From Azolla caroliniana (Eukaryota; Plantae; Polypodiophyta): 64,000 nt of DNA. Positions 41,750-51,662 of this stretch are shown here, piece after piece. Below the pieces are notes generated by a model. It made no database searches. It had not been told where the DNA came from and saw only the letters and a list, made by a program, of their open reading frames with translations. How positions within the stretch are numbered: position 1 is the stretch's first letter; every line of letters starts with the position of its first letter. The stretch covers positions 5,518,001-5,582,000 of the forward strand of contig JBHGNT010000021.1 in the NCBI GenBank assembly GCA_043228905.1, given 5' to 3'. The translations under genes and the position numbers were made by a program.

Positions 41750-43538
41750 TATCGCCTTTGGAGGTCAAATATGAACTATGAGACCAGAAATATTACATTT
41801 CACGTGATACATGTGAAAGTGAGTAGCGACTCTCAATGTTCAAGAACTTTACCGATGAATGTTGCAATCAAGAGTGCAGATTGTGGTTGTGAGAGAAATT
41901 CGTGCAAGGATTGAGCTTGGTTAAAGATGTGTGGAAAGCATGACCGAATATGATCAAAGGCAGAGCATTGTATCGAAGTGTGATACTCAAACTCTCCAAC
42001 TTGTTTTGGACAAAGTGTGCATAGTCGACCACTCTCATCTCTTGTGCCCCAATGCCCCCTCTCACATCGCAATGCATGTGAGCTAAGTCGCATGGAAGCA
42101 ATGGTTCAAATGACAAATAACAAGATGGGCTCTAACATGTATTGATGTGTATGGTTTCCTTGTTCCCTGAAGAATATGGTTTTGTAGTTAGGTGCAACAT
42201 GTGTAGTATAATGTGTAGACAATGAGCCGAGTCCACATTTGTCCCATGCCATGATACATTGGCATTGCAAAAAGACCTCATTTACAAAGGTATTTAGTGA
42301 TGCATCATGAAGCAAGTGCATTGCATCCCATCTACCAAGCCATTTTTTCATATCTTGCATCCAACTGGAACACAAATTTTTCTTTTAAGCATCTTTTGGA
42401 TCTTTTTGCTTGCTTCCCATGCAATTCTAGGTAGTTGATGTGAGGGATTTTTTTGAATCTTAACCATGTATTCAATAAACCTTTCCATGGCTATGATCGC
42501 AATGGGAAGTGATCTTGTCTCAAGGAGGAGGGGGAGGAGGGTGTATGATGTTTGTTTCTTTACTTGTAGAACTTTGTAAGAATATATTGTATGATGTTTG
42601 TTTGTTAACTTGTAGAACTTTGTGAGAATATATTTGAACATTTTCAAACTCTTTCTAAGTAGATTTAGGGATGCTACCACCCCATAGAGAAGCCCTAGTG
42701 TCACGAAAGTGTCAAAAAGGTATATCTTGAGGATTCAATACAATATCTCCATGATTGCATGTGTTCTCAAATGCATAATATGCTCGCTTCCCCGCTTCTA
42801 AGCGGCATGTAGCGCATTCATTCCATCTATGATTTGAAGGAACTTCAAGGCCAAGTTATTTGAAGCTTTTCTCACATTCAAGTGGCTCATTATTGTATAT
42901 AATGCATGGTTTATCTTTTTGGGGCCTCTTCACAAGCATAATCTTTGTTTTAGACCGATTGTCACTTAATTTAGTATGCATGCAAAAAATTCCAATGCCT
43001 TCAAAAGTTTTTGTGCATCTCCTAAAGTATTTGCAAAAAACACTACATCATTTGCATATAGCAAAAGCATAATGACAACATTCCCAATGGCAAATTCTTC
43101 AACACATTCTTCCTTTACAAATGTGGCAACCATTTCTTCCAATTCATCAATGCATAGGCCAAATAGAGTTGGTGATAGTGGGCATCCATGCTTAACACCA
43201 ACAAATCTAAAAGTTTATCTCTCATATGCACACAACATATAACATTCTCATATATTCAGGAAATTGCAAGCATATATTATTGGCACCTCGAGTTCTTCCA
43301 TTCACCTCCAAAGATGCTCACGAGGTACCATATCAAAAGCTTTCTTGAAGTCTACGAAGCAATAATATAAACCTTTACCTCTAAGACGACTTTCCTCCAT
43401 TAATACTCGAAGGGCGACAAGGTGATCAATGGTGCTATGGTGTTTTCGAAAGCCAGTTAGTCCATAAGCTCTCTTATCTCTTTTTTTCATCTCATGCACT
43501 TATCTTTGATTCCATTATACATCCAAATAGTTTTGCCA
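41750..43538 (-). mobile_element. 5'-truncated RTE-like LINE (decayed)
   Basis: GFRKHHSTIDHL, FVDFKKAFDMVPRE, GVKHGCPLSPTLFG, LLLYANDVV and C-terminal LSSHALRCERGHW...CTLC. Confidence 0.85.
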
Positions 43539-43599
43539 TGAGAGAGAGAGAGAAGATTAATGGCCTTTTGAACAACATGATCAACATTTCATATTCCAA

Positions 43600-44290
43600 G
43601 AGGTTATACACCTTTACTTGAGATAAGTTGCAATGATTATTATCATTGTATGACCCAATTCCTAATTTAGATGGGGGATCTCAAGAGCTTGATTGGACAT
43701 TTGTTGGAAATAGGAGATTGACTATGATCTCAACAAATGATGTCTATCACAAGTTGATTGACAAACCTAAGCGGATGGAAGAAAGGGTTCTTGTAAGCCC
43801 ATTAGTTGGTGGTTTCATGTAATCAAGGCATGTTAGTGTTCTCGATTGATGCTACGATCTGCAATAATCATTTGGCGGGTTATGGTTGGAGCTTTAGCAT
43901 TGGGGGGTGCATTAAACAAGGGAAACATTGTTAGAGGAATGTGTTTCTTTTGTTCCATGGAGTTGGAACATAGTAGGCATCGATTTCTTTCATGTTCGAT
44001 GGCTAGAATGGTTTGAAGATGTATCAATTTAGTGTGGATGTTTTTAAATAGTGTAAGACTATCTTCATTAGTTGGGGTTTTTCACATATGGAGAATAATG
44101 AGTTGACGTCTCATTTCCAAATTATTTTTGAGTTCATGAGGTTTTGGGGGCTATGGTTCAATTGGAATATACGGAATGCCTTCACTTTTTATTTGCAAGT
44201 TAGTGAGGAAATATGTTGTAAAGTTAAAAGGACTTCTTTTGTGGCAATTAACAGTGTTGGAGAAGTCACAAAACCTCAACCATGAAGAGA
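43600..44290 (+). mobile_element. Decayed L1 ORF2 C-terminal fragment
   Basis: WRVMVGALALG, CFFCSMELEHSRHRFLSC and FWGLWFNWNIRNAFTF motifs. Confidence 0.6.
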
Positions 44291-44943
44291 GAGAACGTTG
44301 CCAGGTCACATATCATCATAACCCTAAACCAAATCACAAAACATTTAAATTGACATTGTTCAAACCAAGAGGTATGTATTAGTGCTAAACATATTATATG
44401 TTAACTTTGGCACAATTATTTAACAAAGAGTTTTCCAACCAAAAGTCGTGTGTATATAAACTTAGAAAAAATGAAAATATTGGACCTCAAATGTTATAAC
44501 TTATTATGTTTGATATGCTATAACTCTTAGTTTAATAAAGTTAATTCATAAATTTAGTAAATATTTCAAAAATGTCATAACCCTAAACCATTCAACTATT
44601 TAAACTATGATTTAAAGATGGCATGGTATAATTGTAAACCATCAATCCAATAAATGGTCAAACCAAACTTACTGAACACCTAGGCCCCAAGCCAAACCAA
44701 GCCATTTTACAAATTTCTATATCTAAATAGAGTAGAAATAAACCGAATTAGTTAAATTGTTGTGCCACATTTGTTTGTGGTTTGCTTTGGCTTAAACAAA
44801 AACATAACCAATTCCTATGTGTGATGTTCTTTAAATGTGTATATGCTTAGCACTTAAGCCTTTGTAAGCCATTAGTTGATTTCTTAATTAGAATTGTCTT
44901 AGTGAAGGGTGAGCAAGAGTTCGTATGATTAGGGTAACTGAGA

Positions 44944-45475
44944 TGTTATGAGCATAATTGTAACCGTTGTTGTGGGCTAATTCATAAGGATGAAGGGCGA
45001 AGATTAAGTTATCTCAATCTTACAGTGGAGATACTTCATCTATTAGAATCTTAATTAATGATATGCAAAATTTAAGAAGGAAATAAGGATGAATGGTCAG
45101 TCCATCCAACCACCCCTTAACAAAGGTGGGAGACAGGTCTCAGTCCCCTACCAATGTCACATACCATTGTGTACAAACATGGATCATAGCTAAAGGAGGC
45201 ACACATGTATGAAGCTAGAGTTTTGCCACACTATCAGAGTCTCTATCTCAAACAATAAAGAAAAGAGATCCCCCTTTATGAAGGTAGTTAGCCATCTTAT
45301 ATAGGCTCAAACCTTAGGCCCTTGTATGTTTCACACTTGGTTGTTTTGTATAAAAAGTAGCCAAGTGATGAAACACTCTAAAGTTATCCCCCATTGTAGG
45401 ATTGAGATAACTCAATCCTCACCCTTCATCCTTACAAATTAGCCCATAAATATGGTTACAGTTATGCTCATAACA
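44944..45475. mobile_element. 532-bp TG..CA element with about 95-bp terminal inverted repeats and a 5-bp TSD
   Basis: tgttatgagcataa...tctcaatc is the imperfect reverse complement of gattgaga...ttatgctcataaca. TSD tgaga/tgagg (4/5 match); internal cctatataag on the minus strand. Confidence 0.8.
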
Positions 45476-45666
45476 TGAGGTTAGGGCTTGAGAGTGTTTA
45501 ACAATTATCTGGCCCGACTACAATATCATTTCAACAAAAAATATAATACCAATACTGTTAGCGACATGACTTAATCCCAAATCTTTATTCCATGGATATT
45601 GTCAACAATTCCAAAATATGATTTTCAAACTTATGTAGTCTTATAGGTCATCGCTTGCTACGCATT

Positions 45667-45954
45667 TTGAGCTGCTTTTCTAGCTACATAGGCTTGCCTT
45701 CTTTGGTCTTTCTCCTTCGGGATTCGATCTTTTACTACAACAAAATTTATACATTTTAGGTACACATTGCTACTATCTATAACTCTTAACTCTTTTTCTT
45801 ATCATCTAAGTTGAGCTGCTTTTCTAGCTACATAGGCTTGCCTTCTTTGGTCTTTCTCCTTCAGGGTTTGATCTTCTACTACAACAAAATTTATACCTTT
45901 TAGGTACACCTTGCTACTATCTAAAACTCTTAACTCTTTTTCTTATCATCTAAG
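45667..45954. repeat. 144-bp tandem duplication
   Basis: ttgagctgcttttctagctac...tcatctaag at 45667 and 45811. Confidence 0.92.
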
Positions 45955-46974
45955 GTTGTACAAATAATCCCTCAACATGATTCTCCTTCTAACCTCTTTC
46001 GACCAACTCAATGTGTTCCATATACCATAAATAGGAGTAAACAATGACTCGCCTCAAGCCTGAACTGAGGCATTAATCTGTTTTTAAACGGTTTGACATA
46101 TCAGTTCGGTTTAGTTCAAGCTTAAGCTTCCTTAATCGGTTTGCCCTCGGTTTGGGATGGCTCAAGCCCACTGAACCATTTTGGGCTAACCGTTTCTCAA
46201 ACCGATTAAGGCTAATAAGTTTGGCTAAATTGGCTCCTAAACAAGTTTGGCAACTGGTTTAGGAACCAATTTGTCTCAAGTTTGAAAACTCTCAAACCAG
46301 TTAAGTCGAAATTGAACCGTTGTTGATTCTTAACCAAAAATTCATGTAAAGCACAAAGATTGTCAAAACAATTCATGATATTTCTAGTGAGGGAGAGTGA
46401 TTTCTCAGGTTCCTCTTCTTGCATCCCTATAATGACAATCGTTTACTTCCTTTTCTCTCTTTCATATAGTTATTTGGCATCAATGCATCCTTTGAAGTGG
46501 ATTCAAGTTAACTTCGTTAAACATTTTCCTTTGGCATCTTCTTATTGAGAACGTCTCTCCATTTCATAATGATTGCATCTTATTTTGCCTCAAGTTTAGA
46601 CTTCATTTCAACATTTGCTTTGATTAACGATTCTTTCTTGGCTTTTAAGATTGTCATTTTGGTTTATACTCTTGAATTTGCAATGCAATTTTCTTCATAG
46701 CAAGTAACCCCTCTTTCAAATATTTATGCATGAGTTCCCTCTCATTACAAGCATGTACTTCATTCTTTCGATGGGCAAATAATGTGAGTTTCCACCAATT
46801 TTTTCGATACATCATCAACAACCTTTGATTCCCTTTCAATCATTGTTGACACTATCTCTAATTTCTATGACCAATATTTAGAATATGGTCCTTTATTACT
46901 CCTCTCCCTCTTTGAGTTCCCCTATTTTTTGTCTCTTGCGCCCCTCTCTTAAGCAAGAATCAATTAATTCCTCT

Positions 46975-47503
46975 ATGAATGATGCCTTTTCGCAACACCA
47001 ATGTATCACGACATGGGGAAATTTGGAGGCTCAAACTTCACACATTATATTGCATATGTTGCACCTAACTACAAAGCCATATTCTTCATTCAATGAGTAA
47101 ACCACACATTGCAACACATGTTAGAGTTCATATTGTTTCGTGCCATCCAAAGCATTGTTTCCATATGACTTAGCTCACACTCACTACAATTTGAGATGAG
47201 GTGTGGGGGCGTAAGTGGTGAGAGTAGTTGACTATGTGCATTTCATGTTAAACAAGTTTGAGAGTCTGAGTATCGCACTTCGGTACAATGCTCTATCTTT
47301 GATCACATTCGATTATGTTTTCCATACATCTTCAACCAAATGCAATCCCTGCACAAATTTCTCTCACAATCACACACTATCAATTGTAACCTTCATTAGT
47401 AAAATTTTAAACATCAAGAGTCACCACTCACTTTCACATGTATTATATGAATATGTTATATTTTTTATCTCATGGGCCATATATAACCTCGGAAGACGAT
47501 ACT

Positions 47504-47537
<34 letters not shown>
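46975..47537 (+). mobile_element. 3' fragment of an RTE-like LINE ending in (TC)n
   Basis: Homologous to the reverse complement of 41760-42300 (gacttagctcaca, tacaatgctct, aatttctctcaca); followed by a (CT)n run. Confidence 0.7.
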
Positions 47538-47541
<4 letters not shown>

Positions 47542-48797
47542 AACATTGTCATTGCATGAACATTGTTTCTTTAAGACAACCAATTTTCCATATCTTTTTT
47601 TTTGTGTTTTTGCATTTTCCATTGTTAAAGGGAAATTCATTACAACATCATGGTAGTGTGATTGCTTTTGTGTGTTCTAAATCTAGAAATCACGATGGTC
47701 ATGTTGGATACTTACATGATTAAATTGGACATGTGAGATAAAATATATGGATAAAACACTGTGAAAGTTTGAATTTCACAAACATACCACTCCCTTGTCT
47801 TTGTCATGTTTAATGAAACTCACAAAAATACCCCTCCCTTGTCTTTGCCATGTTTCGTGAATGTAACTCACAAAAAAGCACATGTGCTATATCCTATCTT
47901 CCAAACCATTTTTTTATATTTTGCATCCAGGTGGAACATAAAAAACTCTTTCAGACCAACCTTTTTGCTTGTTTAGCATGTATTCAACAACCCTTTCCAT
48001 AACCATGATTCAATGGCAATTGATCGTCGCTCAAGAAGTATGAGGTATATGGCATTATTTCGAAGGTCACGATTGCTATGTTGAATCTCCGAGATTTTAT
48101 TGAAGGGGAGATCGTAGAAGTAAAGGAGATGGTTAGGGGAAAGAGCACAAGATTATGCAAAATAAATGCCAAAGAGTATAAAGTGAAAACTACATATTTT
48201 GTTGTGACCATAGCCTCGTGACAAGGAGTGCGAGCGAACTAGCACAACTATTGAGATGATATGGGAAGAGTAAGAAAAGAAATAAAGCAATGATGCAAGT
48301 GAAACTAAGGTGAGTAGGATTAGAGGTGAACAAGAGTAAAAGAGAATGAGAGAATGAGATGAAAGAAGAAGAGAAGAGTGAGTGAGAAAAAAAGAAAAGC
48401 TTAAGAAATTTTCATTAGAAAGACCTTGTGCAAACTAGTTTCACTCTAGGTAGAGCTCATCAGTGCCTAAACCTGATCAATTTACGTGACTTAAACAATA
48501 GAACTTTAATTTTTTGAAGTATATAAAATGACTTAACTTATACCTCTCCTTATATGTGTAGGGAGAGAACTTGAACTCTCATTCATTGTTTGAGGAACAA
48601 AAGATCTTATGATACACTATTATTATCTTCATTTACTTGCTACTGTTAATTTTTATTTCTTCCTATTGTTCTCTCTTATCTGTATCTTCTTGTATATTAT
48701 TATTCTTTTTACTCTTCACTTGACGCTCTTGTTCCCTAATGCTATTGCTTGCTTTTTCACTTCATTCCTTGATTCCTTTCATTGTTCGATTGCTACT

Positions 48798-48844
48798 CCC
48801 CCCCCCCCCCCCCCCCCCAACCCAACCCAACCCAACCCAACCCA
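48798..48844. repeat. Poly-C run plus (CCCAA)n
   Basis: About 21 C followed by CCCAA units. Confidence 0.85.
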
Positions 48845-50298
48845 AAAGTGGTTTTTATAGGCTATTCACAATCCTCATTAGAGTGGTTGAGATGTTTCTA
48901 GGCTTTTGTAGAAGTTTCGAAAGCCTTCTAGGCCATATTAAAATTAGGCCAATAATTCCCTCGATTTACACATGTGGCTTTAAATATATAAGGCCTATAA
49001 TAATTCATAATTATAAATTTGGTATTTCTTACTTTTACACCAATCCTTAAATCTACAAACATGATAGTAGAATGAGATGGTTTCACAACCTTCGAGCCTC
49101 CTTAAATACATAATGCTACTATAGTTGTATGGATGTCACTACCAAGCATTATTGTGTATGCTCAAGACTAGCCTAGCAAGCATGTTTGCCATTTCGCTAT
49201 CATGCATAACTATCATATGAGGTGCCATGATAATTATTTTGAGGAATGTTGAAATAATGTAAAAAGTTACAATGCTATATATGGACAAGATAGTAATGTG
49301 TGATAGTAATGGGTTGACATCTAGTACAAATGAGGGATTGTGGACTACAACTCATCATCTTGTCAATTTGCGATGTACAATAATAACTTGATGAAATGCT
49401 TAATTGTCTTGTTTTATTGGTTGGTTTGATGTTGTCTAAAACCAGGAGCACATTATTGCCACAAGATATGTGTGAACATTACGAAACATCAAATTGACAA
49501 AGTTTATTATTGACAGTAATTTCAAATAGAATCTTTCTCAAGGTGTCAGGCTTGAAAATCTTCCTCTTAAAATGATTGGAATAATCAATTAATGCCAGTT
49601 AAGAATCTAATGAATGAAATTGAAACTTTAATAATGAAGGTGAACTTGTGAAATTATAATAATATGCCATACCATATATCTTTCAAGTGGATTTCATCTT
49701 ACTATAGAGTTGACTTAGGTTGTGGAAAAGGAAGCATCGAGTAACATCCTGGTGATTATGAAAAACAATTTGCATCGCAAAATTAATTGAAAACATTTTT
49801 TCCTTTTGTGTTGTATTGAAATATCTTAAATAATTAATTTGTAAGAATGCCACTACACCAAATTTGTATTTCTATGGCATTTTTTTAACAAAACGTGTAT
49901 TATTGGTAAGAAACTTCAATGTATCTGCGAAAATAATGCCCGTCTATGTGAAAAGTGAGTGAGATCATCGGGGACTTGAACCAAAGAGGATGTGATTGGC
50001 TGAGTCATTGACATTAAGGACCTCATGTATGTTGATATTCACTTTCAGTTTGATTTGAGGAATCAATATGATTTTTCTCTTGAACTCTCGATGTGTACAA
50101 AACCCTCTGTATGTATGAACACACAAGAGTGAACACTTGTGTTTGCAATTAACTTGTTTGTATACATCTCAATCTTTATTTTATTTAATTTATCAATTTA
50201 TTATTTTTAATTATATATATATATAAGTATGTGAGAAGGAAAGATTGGCTTGGGTGACATGGCGAGGTGACCTCAATCAACGTCAATTGCAAGTGTAG

Positions 50299-50763
50299 TG
50301 TTGAGAATCAAGCTCAACATAGTGCAACGTGTGAACACACCTTTTGAGAATCTATGATTACTCAAAGGTCAAGAGTCACACCACTACTCTCTACACGTTA
50401 ATTATGTGTTATAGAATCATATTCTATGACACATAACTAATGAGTTACATATTCCCCATGACTAAGAGTCTTCACATTCCCCAAGAGAGAGTGGTTGTTG
50501 TAGTTAGTTAATGAAGAGAGAGGGTGATTATATATAAAGCACCCTTCTCCTACTTCATACTAAGTCGGTTGTGACTCCTTGTTATGCTACATTTTGTAAA
50601 TCTTATTCTACTTGTGAAATATACACCTTCTTCTTGAGTATTCTATTTTCCTCTCATTTATCTATCTTGAGTTCCCTTTTCTCTCCTCTCCTTTTCTCTC
50701 ACACATATACACACATAACGCATATCTATTCCGCTGCACAAGAATCACCATCGATTCTTTACA
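50299..50763 (+). repeat. 5' LTR of the copia element
   Basis: TGTTG...TTTACA with tatatataaag, immediately followed by the PBS. Confidence 0.8.
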
Positions 50764-50775
50764 TGGTATCAGAGC
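50764..50775 (+). promoter_or_regulatory. PBS (tRNA-iMet) of the copia element
   Basis: TGGTATCAGAGC directly after the LTR CA. Confidence 0.92.
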
Positions 50776-51191
50776 GATTTGGTAGCTCGATCTACCCCAC
50801 TCACCTCATCGTGATCATGTGTTGTGCTCTACGCCGATGTTCAAGAAGAACCGACTCATCGCTATCATAGTACCATTACATAGCTCGTGTTCGAGAGAGA
50901 AGGAAAAGAAGAAAGGAAGCTTCATCGACAATGAATACTCAAATCGGGAGTGCTCTCCCTAGCGAGAAGCTAGATCGAAACAACTTTGCATCTTGGGAGT
51001 ACAAGATGCACCAATACCTTGTCGGCCAAGGCTATTGGGGTTACATCAAAGGAGCACAAGAAAACCGACCCGACCCGAAAGACGCCGACTATGCAACGTG
51101 GGAGCAAGCGGCAAGCTGAGTGATGTATTGCTTGGCCACATGTGTTCACGACCGCATGCTTGGCTACATTCAAGAAGCCGAGACGCCAAAG

Positions 51192-51610
51192 TGTTATTCT
51201 CTAGCCGGACAAGGCCTAACACAAGGTGTCACGGAGACACTTCACCAAAGGGTGATTACGGCATAGGATTAAGATTCAACGATTACACCGACTTACATAG
51301 GTTACACGATTAGAATGCTTCGGTTAATTACACGCGTAAGATATAACAGTAATTACAGAACGGAAATCAAGACAGAAGTATAAACAACATAAGCTCTATT
51401 AATTATCCGCCGTCATTACAATGGGGTCCGGGCCTTTAAATAGGTTTCCGGCCCGTAGTACAAAACGGTGCCTCTCGCACCTATTCGGGATCCGTCCGGA
51501 TCTGGAACGGCATACCGTTTCCAGTCCGTCCGTCCACACTATGCTCATTTACAACCATATCTAATTAATTCCTTCACTCCGTATTTTGGACTCCTTGCCC
51601 GCCGGTAACA
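51192..51610 (-). repeat. 3' LTR (419 bp)
   Basis: Near-identical to 60661-61079; TATA-like cctatttaaagg on the minus strand. Confidence 0.96.
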
Positions 51611-51612
51611 CA

Positions 51613-51650
51613 TGGCACGCCCGTGGGACAGTACCTTGTACGTCGAACCC
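51613..51650 (-). promoter_or_regulatory. tRNA-Arg 3'-end mimic at the PPT position (reads as a PBS on the + strand)
   Basis: Minus strand GGGTTCGA-cgtacaaggtact-GTCCCACGGGCGTGCCA-tg-LTR; plus strand LTR-ca-TGGCACGCCCGTGGGAC. Confidence 0.7.
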
Positions 51651-51662
51651 TTCTCGGCCCCT

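Noticed and set aside
49200-49850. hAT transposase remnant (NGLTSSTNEGLWTTTHH)
   Set aside because: Only one or two loose motifs and no TIR or TSD; too weak to call.
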